64,000 nt of DNA. Origin: Lytechinus pictus (taxonomy: Eukaryota). Under the pieces are notes generated by a model. The model made no database searches. It saw nothing but the letters and a program-made list of their open reading frames with translations, and was not told where the DNA came from. Of this stretch, positions 1-12,473 are shown in pieces (position 1 is the stretch's first letter; every line of letters begins with the position of its first letter). Both the position numbers and the translations under genes were made by a program. Where the stretch lies: assembly GCF_037042905.1 (NCBI RefSeq), contig NC_087252.1, forward strand, positions 1,054,001-1,118,000, given 5' to 3'.

Positions 1-871
1 TTAGAAATTAATTCAGAAACTCCTGCAAGCAATCAACATGATTTCGTTCATTTTCGATATTATGTTACACATAACATGAATAATATGCATATCATATTTA
101 ATCTTCCATAAATTTAATCATGTTTAGTGATTGCATGAGCTTTCTAATATATTTTTTATCAATAAAAGAAACCTACTTTTCATTCACTTCAGTTTATTGT
201 AAAACCTTCTCGTTGAAAGTGTGTGCGCATATGAAGATGTGTGTATGTGGGTGTCAATGCATATGATATAAATATCCTATATAGAACTCTAAAATTTAGA
301 ATAGAGAATTAAGTGATTTTAATTAAATGGATATTTGCCCAAACCACATTCGTATCATGGCACTACCAAGTACATGGAGAATAGATGGCGATTTGAAATC
401 ATTAATAAAGTCATGCAGGCATATTTATTCAGGTCACGAATCCCTTTTCGAGGTGGATATTTGATTTTAAACTGGTAGCTTGAGATGTGTGCAGGTAATA
501 TCCTGAGGAACTGCAATTAGGTTGAGCGGGGCTGTTGATTGTTACGTCATGTGACGTCAACATGCGCACTGCTGGTGCCTGCAGCTGCGCTGCAGTCTCG
601 GTGCGCGCGTGCAATGGACATAGTTGTATGGATCCAAAATTGCACAATGAATGGACCCAAAATTGCACGGTTGATGACGTCAATGCAAAATGGGCTGAAT
701 GAACGATATCAAACAACCAATCAAATCACAAGGATCTATCTAGGTGTCATATAATGTACTTTTGATGCAGGGTGGTCGTACGAACTAGATTAATGCGGAC
801 ATATGGTATAATGACAGTGTGCGTGTACAGGTGTATATTCAAATTGATTCGGACTTCAATATTATACTCTC

Positions 872-1184
872 TGGCCCGTATTCTGAAGTCAGGTTTAACT
901 TAGACCATGGTCCAACTCTGTACTAAAATTATGGGAAGCCAAAAGTGTCAAAAATGTTATTAATTTGTATGTTTCTTATGTTTACTGTGCTCTTTCCTGA
1001 TTCATCGATGGTGGAGACAATCATCTATTTAGACTTCCTAGAAAATTATGAATGATTTGAGAGCCAAATGAGGTGAAATATTCTATCTCTACTGTTAGTG
1101 ATTTATGTAGCTATTGGCTATCGATACTTAAACCACAACTTTAAACCTGAGTTTAAGTTAAACTCGACTTCGAAATACGGGCCA
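872..1184. mobile_element. MITE (non-autonomous DNA transposon)
   Basis: Terminal inverted repeats tggcccgtattctgaagtc...gacttcgaaatacgggcca. Confidence 0.75.
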
Positions 1185-1200
1185 ATGTTTTTATTTACAG

Positions 1201-1273
1201 ATGGAGCTGACGTCGTTGATTCTTTTCGTGGTGGTTTTCAACCAACATATAACATTTTCTCTTCAGCAAGAGG
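1201..1273 (+). CDS. Lectin gene 1, first coding exon: signal peptide MELTSLILFVVVFNQHITFSLQQE
   Basis: tttacag acceptor directly before ATG at 1201; hydrophobic core; phase-1 donor G|gtaggt at 1274 matches the phase-1 CTLD exon at 3092. Same layout as exon 13567-13645 of lectin gene 2. Confidence 0.8.
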
Positions 1274-1506
1274 GTAGGTAATGCATCTCATTGTACTTTT
1301 GCTTTTGCTCATTATGAAATACATTAAGATTAATATATTTCCTTATAGATTCACGAGATCAATGACATAAGTATTGTTCTGCATCTTGCTCAAGTTATAT
1401 TAAACGTCATTTATTAAATAAAGTTGTATACGATTTTATGTGATATATATGAATATAGAAAAAAAAAACAAGGATCCACATGATCATTCTATAAAAAGAA
1501 ATAATA

Positions 1507-2014
1507 CACAGTTTTTGTCTCGCCTGCATAGCAGAGCGAGACTATAGGCGCCGCTTTTCCGACGGCGGCGGCGGCGTCAACATCAAATCTTAACCTAAGG
1601 TTAAGTTTTTGAAATGACATCATGACTTAGGAAGTATATGGATCTAGTTCATCAAACTTAGACATAAGGTTGATCAAGTATCACTGAACATCGTGCTTGA
1701 GTTTCAGGTCACATGATAAAGGTCAAAGGTCATTTAGGGTCAATGAACTTAGACCATGTTGGGAGAATTATTTTCAAAATCTTAACCGAAGGTTAAGTTT
1801 TTGAAATGACATCATAACTTAAAATGTATATAGACCTAGTTCATGAAACTTGGGCATGAGGTTAATCAAGTATTAGTAAACATCCTGCTCGAGTTTCAGG
1901 TCACATGACCAAGGTCAAAGGTCATTTAGGGTAAATGAACTTTGGTCAATAATAATGAATGGAAAAGCGGCGCCTATAGTCTCGCTCTGCTATGCAGGCA
2001 AGACAAAAACTGTG
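1507..2014. mobile_element. Element with about 54-bp inverted ends and an internal direct repeat
   Basis: cacagtttttgtctcgcctgcatagcagagcgagactataggcgccgcttttcc is mirrored at 1961-2014; internal duplication about 1580-1760 vs 1778-1945. Confidence 0.8.
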
Positions 2015-2164
2015 ATCTATGTTGCGGCAAACACGGCTTCATATTCCCTTTATTACAGGTATATATCAGATGAAATGAGAATATCTTGTCTTAAAATAAT
2101 AAGAAGTGGTCAATCAATGATTATAATAAAAAAAATTATCTTAAAAAAAACAATAATAATAATT

Positions 2165-2421
2165 CGGCATATTTAGCAAAGATAGCCACTTCATTTCCGA
2201 AAACTGCTCTCCCAGCGGACCCTGCTATTATTAATACCCCAGCTAATAATTCAATGATTTATTTTCCTACCGGGTACCCATTCACTTCACCTGGGTTGAG
2301 TGCAGCACACAGTGGGTAATTTTTTTTGCTGAAGGAAAACACGCCACGGCTAGGAATCGAACCCACGTCCTTCAGATTGAAAGATGATAGTTATACCCAC
2401 TACACTAGACCACAACACCCC
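2165..2421 (-). mobile_element. tRNA-derived SINE
   Basis: Reverse-strand B box (ggttcgattcc) and shared core ctaccgggtacccatt..cacctgggt.gagtgcagcac. Confidence 0.75.
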
Positions 2422-2655
2422 ATGATAATTATGTTGACCAAACTGTGGACGGCTTAGTGACAGCTAGAGACCTATGGTCAGACTATATGGGATGAGAGTA
2501 AATAAAAAAGAAGACAAAGCAGATGAAGAACAAGTACCAAATTACCATACTATCATTACTCAGCCACAGTAACCTGGTTCAGACAATGGGGATCATGGTC
2601 GGAGTAAAATTCTATTATGCATGGATTAAAGTAAAAAAAATATTTTTTTTATCAT

Positions 2656-2835
2656 GACCAACACAAAGGCTAGTTGGTCGGAGGTAGAAACACTCCCACC
2701 TTCCTCCGACCAAGATACTCCTGGAAATCAGTAGGAGTACCTTGGTCGGGAAATGCGACCTCTATCCGGACGGGAACTGATCCGACCTTTCAGCCGACTA
2801 GGTCTCCTCCAACCAAAAGAGCCTTTGTCTTGGTC
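2656..2835. mobile_element. Short MITE
   Basis: TIRs gaccaacacaaaggct..ttggtcggagg and ctcctccaaccaa..agcctttgtcttggtc. Confidence 0.6.
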
Positions 2836-3091
2836 GCGATAAGAGAATTATCTTTGGAATTTTAAAGATCAAATCAATCAATCAGTATTTTATTGTTCTA
2901 ATAAACATCTGAGAATAGAAATATTCCGAAAATTCATTGTGGCCAATTGATCGTGGGCCCGGCAGCCACTGTGCAGCGCCAGGTCGACGACGCTCCATGC
3001 ATAATATAATTTAACTTCGAAAAGGATCCCACGCGTCTGAACGATGCTATAAATTTACCCGAGCTTTCTTTACCTTCACGTTTGTTGCCAG

Positions 3092-3442
3092 CATGCGAAT
3101 CACAACTCACTGAATTCGAAGGATCATGCTATTACTTCGCTCAAGGCAAAACCAATTTCTCAACGTCTAGGGCATCATGTGAGGGTCTTGGGATGCACCT
3201 TGTCTACATAGAGTCCAGATCGGAACAAGAATTCCTGGTGAACACCATGCAACGGGGTAATACATCCTGGATAGGGTTGTCCAGTTTGGTCTGGCTGGAC
3301 GGGTCAGGTCTAAGTTATAGTGACTTCGGACATGGGGCATTCGATGAGGACGGACATTGCTTCAGGATGAAAGAATTTGACGGTAGATGGTACGATAGAA
3401 GCTGTTCTGCCTCGTATAGATTCATCTGTGAAAAACAGGGCG
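3092..3442 (+). CDS. Lectin gene 1, C-type lectin domain exon 1
   Basis: ttgccag acceptor, G|gtaagt donor, phase 1-1. CTLD motifs C..FEGSCYYF, C..LGMHLV.I.S..EQ.FL, WIGL, WLDGS, WYD..C, FICEK. Confidence 0.92.
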
Positions 3443-3852
3443 GTAAGTAATCGGTTTTGGTGGTGTAATATGCATAAAGAGAAATACAGACCTGCATCAT
3501 GACTGGTTTCCCCTTTATTTTCATTTGAAGTATTCGAGGCAAATCGGAAGTAAAGAATGAAGTAATATGATTACTTTTAGGCCCCCATTAGCGATAAGAT
3601 AATGAAGTAGAGGGATATATACACCATTTAAGAGTTGAATGTGAAGGAATTGAAGACGCCAATTCCAACTTGGGTTCGCATGGTTGGTAAGGAGTTTGTG
3701 TTATCTAGAATTACCATTTCCATTGTGGATTCTCAACTTAACAATATAATTTCCTCGAAGTTTTTTCTCTCTGTCTCTCTATAATTGTGTCTGCCTGCAC
3801 GTCTGTTTGCCCCCGCCCCTCCCCGCAAAACATACAATAAAAAAACATTCAG

Positions 3853-4212
3853 CATGTGGTCCGGACATGCCTGTTTATCATGATGAACATGCTGGTTCTT
3901 GCTACCACTTCTCTCCAAGCGAGTCCACTTTCAGCACCTTGATGACTCGATGTGAAGATCTGGGAATGCATCTTGTCTTCATCGAGTCGCCAGAGGAACA
4001 AGATTTCTTGCGATCGATCCACCGTGACGACTTCTGGATAGGCATCTCACCAATAACCTGGTTGAATGGCTCAACTGCCACCTTCACCAATATCCATTAT
4101 GAGTATACTGAGTTAGCACATGGAGGACGGTGTTTCCAGGTGGAATGGAGTTTCGGATGGGATGACACTGACTGCTCCAACATGCACTATTATATTTGCG
4201 AGAAAGATGTAG
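3853..4212 (+). CDS. Lectin gene 1, C-type lectin domain exon 2
   Basis: cattcag acceptor, G|gtgggt donor, phase 1-1. Motifs GSCYHF, LGMHLVFIES.EEQ.FL, WIGI, WDD..C, YICEK. Confidence 0.88.
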
Positions 4213-4556
4213 GTGGGTGATCTGATGTGATTCGACAGAAAAATTGAAATGTGATAAAGACAACATTAATACAACCTTCATTTGATCTTTTATCTAATTA
4301 CATATGGCCGCATTTAAACAGTATTTTCTATGACATTTTTTTTTAAGGCGCTGTGAAAAGAAAAATGCCTTCTTTGTACAACTTTGCATCTGCATTTATC
4401 GAGTGAAAAATTATGAGAAACAAGTGTTAAAGTTACCACTTTCAAACACCTTTTCTATATATTATTTCATATGTCCTCTACAACCTGAAGAGGTTAATAA
4501 TGTATGAGTGGTTTATTAAAATTATTTAGTTTCTTCCTTTCTCTCTTCTGTCACAG

Positions 4557-4931
4557 ACGTCGGACCCGACTGCGGATCAAGTGACCTAAGTTTCTCACAC
4601 TCCTGCTACGTCTTTCACGAAACAAAGTCCAATTTCTCCTCTGCAAGACAGTCGTGCAAAAGTGTTCATGGACAGCATCTCGTCTTCATAGGGTCTTACG
4701 AGGAACAGGAATTCCTGGAGGCGAACCTTCCAAACGATGGGGAAGTGTATTGGATAGGACTATCTAGTGTAACCTGGTTGGATGGGTCTGGTCTGACGTA
4801 CAACAACTTTGACGGCCCATACATTTCCGACTTTAACAATGACGGGGATGAATTTCGTCTGGTAGAGGGTTCTCGAGAATGGCATGACACGTGGAATGAC
4901 CAGTTCCATTTCATTTGTGAGAGGGACTTAC
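4557..4931 (+). CDS. Lectin gene 1, C-type lectin domain exon 3 (non-canonical donor; possibly skipped or a pseudo-exon)
   Basis: Strong acceptor tcacag; open frame with HSCYVF, QHLVFIGS.EEQEFL, WIGL, WLDGS, WHD, FICER. The expected phase-1 donor reads C|gagagt instead of C|gtgagt. Confidence 0.7.
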
Positions 4932-4974
4932 GAGAGTACTATAATAATACTAAACTACTGCTGGGAAAACAGAT

Positions 4975-5440
4975 TGTCTCACACAGTGTGCTACAAAAGT
5001 GTGTTCGCAGTGTGATCACAATGTTGAACATTGTGTTCACAGTGTGTTGTATCCACAGTGTGCATGTTAACAGTGCATCCCCAGAGTGTTTTCACAGTGT
5101 GTTCATAGCGTTGTCCCCAAGAGTGTGTTAATAGTGTGTTCAGTGTATCCGCAGTGTGTTCACAGTTTGTTGTGTCCAAAGTGTGCATGTTAACAGTGTG
5201 TCTCCAGAGTGTGTTCATCGTGTGTCACAAGTTTGTTCGCCGTGTGTTCACAGTGTTTCCCCAGAGTGCGTTCACAGTGTGTTCATGGGGGTGTTTACAA
5301 TGGTGTTTATGGTGTGCATGTCCATAGTGTGTTCACAGTGTGTTCACGGTGTGTCGCAGTGTGTTCACAGTGTGTAATTCAGAGTGTGCTTACATGATGT
5401 TCATAGTGTGTCCTTCAAAGTGTACCCACAGTGTTGATCA
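4975..5440. repeat. Degenerate minisatellite built on CACAGTGTG/GTGTTCAC units
   Basis: Many imperfect copies of ttcacagtgtgt; source of the spurious Val/Cys-rich ORFs in the track. Confidence 0.8.
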
Positions 5441-5927
5441 CTTTGTGAAATCACATTTACACTATTAAGCATTTCAAAGGCGCATTATCGTCTGTTTTCA
5501 CGAGGAATCTGACATCATTCGGCTATAATTCACCCAGAGAAGAACGACATTTTGACCAGTAGACGCTATGCAATACCACTGGGTAATGCTTCAAAGTATT
5601 ACAATGACAATAACAGTGTGAACCACATTTTCACTTCCGCCGTGTCCACAGTCTGGAATAATGTCCACACTAATAAATTTGAGCATTTATACAGTTTGAT
5701 TACCACATTGACATAGTTCAACACACAATGTAGACACACTGTCATGACTGCTAACATACTGTAGGGGCAGTGTGTATACTAACATAGTGTATGATTATAT
5801 AATGTTTTATCGGTCGGTGGTGGTGAAGCTGCCTACTGAAACTAATCAATATGATGTGTTGGGTTTTTTTTTTCATTTGGATATTCCTTATTTTATTTGT
5901 TAAAATATGAACCTCTTTTTTTTGCAG

Positions 5928-6296
5928 CATGTAGTGAAATGAATGAAATAGAGCAAAACGGTTCCTGTTACTTCTTCTCTGACCATGCTGACTATAAGAG
6001 GGACTTTTTCCAGGCTGACGGTTTCTGTAAGATCCTTGAGATGAATCTGGTGTCAATTGGATCACAGGAAGAGCAAGACTTCCTGGTCAGTCATCTTGAT
6101 GATTACGAAGACTATTGGATTGGTTTGCGTGGAATATCCTGGCTCGATGGCACATCTCTTGTCTATAATAACTTTCCGTATTACGATTCTGCTTTTGATG
6201 ACGACGGTCGCTGCTTCTTTATGCATCCATCAGATCTGCTGTGGTACGACGAGAGCTGTTCCGCTAGCAGCCATTACGCATGTGAAAAGGAAATCG
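5928..6296 (+). CDS. Lectin gene 1, C-type lectin domain exon 4
   Basis: tttgcag acceptor, G|gtaagt donor, phase 1-1. Motifs NGSCYFF, MNLVSIGSQEEQDFL, WIGL, WLDG, WYD..C, YACEK. Confidence 0.92.
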
Positions 6297-7744
6297 GTAA
6301 GTCGTATGTATCATTAGGAAGAAGAACCAAGTGTTCTTTCTGGTTCATGTTGGTTTGGTATACAAGCAGGTGGTCATTTGGTATTATTCTCAGATTGTCG
6401 AATTCCACATTGACTTTATAGCTCACTGTCAATTTGCTCTAATGGCCGCTTAATACATACCACTTAGTCTAATTTTCATTTAAGCCTATTCTAATGCACA
6501 GTAGTGGAAATTTTCACTTATTTAATAATATAGGCTACTCATAAGCTTCTTACTTTGCCAATTGAAACTTGTTTCACTAACAGTTACTCGAACTCTACAG
6601 ACTGGTTCGTGTTAAACGAAGTGGATATAAAGCAAGAAATTTAAAGGGGTGAATCCTAACTAGATATTAACAAAAAAGAGCAAGTGATAGGCTTAAAAAG
6701 GAAAAGTGAAAATTTTAATAAATGTTAGTTATCAGCTGGTAGTAGGTAAAAAAATATAGCGTTGTTGCGATGCATTTAGATTATCTGGTATTTAAAATGA
6801 CGTGAGGTTGAATATACGAAGAAAGAATTACGACATTGTCCAAACATTTTGGAGAAACGCTTTTCACATCTAATGTCAAAGACCAATGGCGTATCCCTTA
6901 CGAAGAAAAGTTCAACGACCAAGAGAAATGATAGATAAGGAAAGGGAAAAGGGTGAAAGGTGGAGTTATATCCTGTATATCAAAATCTCAAAATTACGTC
7001 TTCGCTGCTCGCGACTCTTTGGTTTTACGCCAATGGTCAGGGCGGTTTCATCTCATTTTCCGAATACATCGGTGTTCACAAAATGTATCTTTTCAAAGAA
7101 GTTATTTGGATTCAATTAAGTGATACAAGCTTTATAAATTATCTGAGAAACACCGCCTATTAGAAGCTTATTTTCATTTTATTGTGCAGGGGAAACCTCT
7201 ACTGACGGAGAGCCAGTACAGACTTCTGATTCGCCACCCAGCAAAGGTAAATGGCTATAGCCCAACAGTTACTCTTAAATCATCCATTACACCTTGGATA
7301 TCATTAGTTTTGGATGACCCCCCCCCCCCCTCCCGAAGATCCATAGTAAATGATCACCCTATAACCAATATTATACAACTCCAGATAATGTTCTGTAATC
7401 TGATCGGTCCAAATCGGATCACGTGATATTTAGCGAATTGCACTATAACATCCAAAATGCACTATCCTGCACTCTGACGTCAGAGTGCAATATAGTGCGA
7501 GGTCTGGAATTATCTAGAATTTAGATAAAACATAGCATTCGGGGGAGGGGAGGTTGTATTAAACAAACAATGCACGCATTCTTGTGCATAGAGGACCTAA
7601 ATAATGAACTCTGTGCTCGACTCGCCAAATGGATACAGCGCACTCGGTCCTGCGGACCTCGGTGCGGTATATCCATTGGCTCTTCTCGCACATCGTTCAT
7701 TATTTGGCCCTGCATGCACGCGCTTACGTGCATTATTTGTACAA

Positions 7745-8055
7745 TAATTATAATAAATAATAATAACAATATGTCAATTTATATAGCGCAGTTACTATGT
7801 GCATATATACTCAACTGCGCTTTGATATTTGGTATCATATTATTACCCCGGCTGTAGCTAAGCCGCCATATCAATAGGCGCTGAAGGGTTCAAGGAATAA
7901 ATCCTACCGGGTACCCATTCACCTCACCTGGGTCGAGTGCAGCACAATGTGGATAAATTTCTTGCCGAAGGAAATTACGCCGTGGCTGGGATTCGAACCC
8001 ACGACCCTCTGTTTCAAAGTCTGGAGACTAATCCACTGGGCCACAACGCTCCACA
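7745..8055 (-). mobile_element. tRNA-derived SINE, near full length
   Basis: Reverse complement of the 50312 copy: A box, B box GGTTCGAATCCC, and (AAT)n tail. Confidence 0.85.
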
Positions 8056-8341
8056 ATGATAATGATAACGCAGTTCTTGTACAGCGCATATCACATTATG
8101 ACAGAACGTCCCTATGCGCTTCCTAAAAGACTTGGATATTTATACTATCCTGGCTTTAACAGCGCGGAGGTATATCAAGCAATATATTTCTACCAGGTAC
8201 CAATTCACCTCACCTGGGTCGAGTGCAGCACAATGTTGATGAATTTCTTGCCGACTCGGGTAATTACGCCATGGCTGGGATTCAAACCCACGACCCTCTG
8301 TTTCAAAGTCATAAGACTAATCCACTGGGCCACAACGCTCT
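8056..8341 (-). mobile_element. Second SINE copy, tandem with the previous one
   Basis: Same head (ccactgggccacaacgctc, gggattc.aacccacgaccctctgtttcaaagtc) with a different 3' half. Confidence 0.8.
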
Positions 8342-9269
8342 TTAGATGAAATAAATGTGAGAACATGGCAACCCGGTGACATCTTATTAATTTAATTTAT
8401 GCATATATATAAAAAGAGTTCTACCGGTCTTGGTCAATTTTCAATTTTCTTGGTAAATTTTTAATTTCTATCTGATCTCATAAACTGTTACATCAGAAAA
8501 TGAAAAAAGTTAAGTCATAGTATCAAAATGTTCTATCATTTCAAGCTGTATCCTGGAACCATTCAATAATTCCTAATTAATACTACCCCCACACCCTCAT
8601 ATACCGACCCACATACATGCACACCCACTCTCAACACACACACACACTTATACATACACATACAATTTTAAATATACATTTGCACACGCGCACACGTTTG
8701 CACATGCACAAACACATGCAAATACGTCAAATGTGCACATAATATCAGGCATACAAGGTTCTTGCATGTAAATATCGTATTAATAATATATGTTTATAAT
8801 TAATTTAAGTCAATGCTTGATTTGTACTTCGTTCTTTTTTGTCTATTTCGCTAATACGTTTTGAGGCCGCTACCTTAGTCAAGCACTGCTTATGGTAGCG
8901 GTCTCCAGCATTTTTTTTTGTCTACTCAACAAAGTACAACTTATAATATTGCAAACTAATACTATCTATATACATTTTTGCAAATGAATGATTATTTGTA
9001 TTTATTTTTGTAAAAAGAAATGTATCACTATTTTTTTCTTTATGTTGTCATTATGTTTGTTAATTATTTCTGTTGGAAAAATGCTGAAATAAAATCAAAT
9101 CAAAATCAAATCAAATCTTTAGAATTTTTGTAATAGTCTGAGATGTAAGAATATCCCTTAGATTAATGTGTGCACTCAGCATGCCTTATGCTATATGCTC
9201 CTTCTTTTTATTTTTCCACGTGTTGTCCTAACATCACTAACGCCTTCATATGCATCTTGCTTTATATAG

Positions 9270-9517
9270 GCCACGGGAGATCAATGTCCATCAAACTTGT
9301 TGCTGATGATTCTATTCTCAAGAAACCTCATGTGCTTGCTTCACACCGTGTATCATCAGTGAGTAGATGCGCTATACAATGCCTTGCCGAAGAGAGTTGT
9401 TCCTGCTTCACCTTCATCGAACAAGAGAGGGCGTGCTTACTTGCTGTTGCTTGCGATACTGGCGACGGGGTGAACTATGAGCCGATGCAAGGGGCTCGAA
9501 CATATTCGAAAGTGTAG
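9270..9517 (+). CDS. Lectin gene 1, terminal exon: PAN/Apple-like domain
   Basis: tatatag acceptor in phase 1; pattern S..RCA..C..EESCSCFTF....RAC.L; stop TAG at 9515-9517; AATAAA at 9888-9893; paralogous to 17433-17680. Confidence 0.85.
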
Positions 9518-10213
9518 ATTTAAGTGACTAATGATATAAGCAAGATTCAATTTTAAGAAGTACAAGTCGAACTAGATCAAGTATGAAGTCATATTATTTC
9601 TTAAGTGGGCAACGAATAAGAATGCATGCTGCAACCTTCGTAGAACACACTAAATGATCTATGATGTACATTAATTATAAGACGTATCGAATTTTCATCT
9701 TTAGTCGGTGTAAAGATCCTTAGTCTAGCGAAATGCCTCAATAATCACTATGACTGTCTTGTATTCCAACAACCAACAGTGACACTCCATTTTTTAATAA
9801 CTCAAATCCGTAAGAAGTCCTAACATGAACCAATATCATTTCCCCTTCGGTATATTCGGCTTCTTTTCCAAAGTAACGTTTGAGAGAAATAAAATCAAGC
9901 GATGAATGAATTCAAAGCTAATATCCATTATTTGTATTGTTCAAATTGTCATGCTTAATCTAGCCCAATAGAGTTACATTATAATCAATCGCTGGCACTT
10001 AGTACTTTGTTCAATTTATGTATTTGAATGTTTGAATACCGTTGAAATAATCGCTTTAATTTTGCAATGTTTATTATTGCTGTATTCGCAATTCGCATTG
10101 TTGACACATGTCATTTTGAATGTTTTCTTTCTGTAAATATTATCTGTTATTGCATGCTCGTGTATAGGGGTTCCATGGGAGATCAAATATTGTTGAATGG
10201 GCTACCCTTTATT

Positions 10214-11036
10214 TGAAGAGTTTAGTTGCAAAAGCGGTTAGGTCCACTTTGGACCATTCCGAGAAAAACCATGTTTTTATTCTCACTTATTGCAATATTC
10301 TTATGAGAAACTAAATTATCATGATGTACTACCCTATCATGTGTACATAAAATTGGGTATCAAGGAAATCTTCCTGTCTTCAATTTTTGTCTATATATTT
10401 TTTTTTAATTATCATTGTGGACCTAACCCCTTTTGCAACTAAACTGAAATGAATCCAATCTCTTTTTATTAAAAAAGTGATTTTTCTTTGCCACTTTCAT
10501 TCACGTTTTCATTTGAATCTCAAATTGTCTTTGGTATCATCAGAGTGACTAAAAATTGAGAGGGTTAGAAACAAAAAACAATAAGATTTATGAAAAATGG
10601 ACCTAACCCCTTTTGGCAAATGAGTTCTTCAAAAGAGTTTAGTTGCAAAAGGGGATAGGTCCACTCCAAGAATTTCTTTTTTTTTAATTCTCCTATATTG
10701 CAATATTCGTATGCGAAACTGAATTTTCATGATACCCTACCATGAGTACATAAAATGGGGTATAAGAGAAATCTACCAGTCTTCATATTTTTTAAGATAT
10801 TCTTTTCCAAAAAAAATTCTGTGTGGACCTAACCCTTTTTGCAACTAAACTGAAATGGACCTAACCCCTTTTGAAAAAAAAGTGATTTTTCTTTGCCATT
10901 TTAGTTCACTTTTTAATAGGAATTTTAACTTTTCTTTGGTATCATCTTATAGAGCTACTGAAAATCTATACATTAAGACATAAAAATCCAATTTGATGTA
11001 AAATGGACCTTACCCCTTTTGTTAGTGAGCTCTTCA
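10214..11036. mobile_element. Tandem dimer of an approximately 410-bp MITE (10214-10631 and 10632-11036)
   Basis: Each unit begins (tg)aagagtttagttgcaaaag..taggtccac and ends ggacct.accccttttg...gag.tcttca. Confidence 0.8.
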
Positions 11037-11714
11037 TTTAATAAACAATAGTAATAACAATGAATATAAATAAGAATCAATCAGTAGCCAGTATATCTTA
11101 TCAGGAATCTTGTGCAAATATAAGCCATGTAAGCTATGTTTCGTTTAATACATTTCTTCACAGTTCGTAGTCCATGTTATTAACGAAAGCACAATAATGA
11201 ACCCTTTAGCTTTGGACAGCTTATAAATGATCGTTTAAAAATGAAGAATAAAGAAGCGCCAAGACAACAGTGAGATGTGAAAATAAAAAAACAAACAAAA
11301 ATGAAAGTGATATTGCCAATAATTTCATGCGATCAAAATGGTAAAGGGAAAAATGCTGAACATTTTATGAAACTAATGACACGAATCGGTTTTCCAATAC
11401 TGTTATCAATCAAAGATACAATGACATCAAATTTAGGAGCTGACAACATCTAAACGATTCATTTATTTCATGTCATATGACAGAACATCAGTATATTGAG
11501 AAAATTACCCCCATCAAATCTGCCCAACTTTAGAAAAAGGAAGCAAGTGACAGATCCGTCAAATATGAGTTACTGCTGTTTTTGAAACACCCTTTGTATG
11601 TGGCCCGTTTAGGCAAAATTTGGGAAAATAACGATAGTTCTATGAAAAGATATTCAAGGAAATATGCTGTTAATTGCATTGACGCCCATGTAAATGCTAA
11701 TTTACAACAAATTA

Positions 11715-12473
11715 CAGTGCGTCCCACAAAAAACGAAACCGAGATTTAGCGATGATTTATCATAGCTTAATCATGAACACAATAAACAAATGACCTACCA
11801 ATGTAAAGCTTAGAATCTCCTCTTTCATCTGATATTACTAAGATTGTTCCTCATTCACGCATGATTGAGCAAAAACAATTTGAAGAAAGGATACCAAAAA
11901 ATCATTTGGCGGAGGGTATCTGAATTTCAAAAAGAAAATCTTAGCCGAAATAGTTCAATATCTGCTCTTTTATTTATTTCCTTAATCACAGAAAACGGTC
12001 AAGAAGAAAAAAAAACTCTGTTCCCTCGAAACAATGCTTGTATTTCCATAATTTCATTAAATAAACGTGTTTTCACCAGTTTCTCACAGAAGCTACTGCA
12101 CGGTTAACAAAAGTCTTAATGCATGGCCGATCGTCAACAAAACGGAGTGTCGAGTGAGTCTGAACGCTATCCTGTAAAACCTCTTCATTTTATGAAATTA
12201 TTGAAATTCAAGCCTTATTTCAAATAACCAGAACATTTTCTGGAATTGAGGTATCAAATTAAAGAGCATATAGTGAACTTTTTAAAATGTGGTTTTCTTG
12301 TTGAATTTTGAAACCCAGATACACCCAGCCAAGTGACTTTTTGTAAGTAATTTCAGATGAAAGAGGATATTCTAAGCTTTACAATGGTAGGTCATTTGTC
12401 TATTGTATTTGTGATTAAGTTATGATAAATCATCGATAAAGAGTCTCGGTTTCGTTTTTTGTGAGACGCACTG
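11715..12473. mobile_element. Tc1/mariner-type MITE
   Basis: TA target-site duplication; long TIRs CAGTGCGTCCCACAAAAAACGAAACCGAGA...TCTCGGTTTCGTTTTTTGTGAGACGCACTG. Confidence 0.88.

Noticed and set aside
4991-5397. Cys/Val-rich overlapping ORFs, and a possible CRISPR-like array
   Set aside because: Degenerate CACAGTGTG minisatellite with no unique spacers, in a eukaryotic context.
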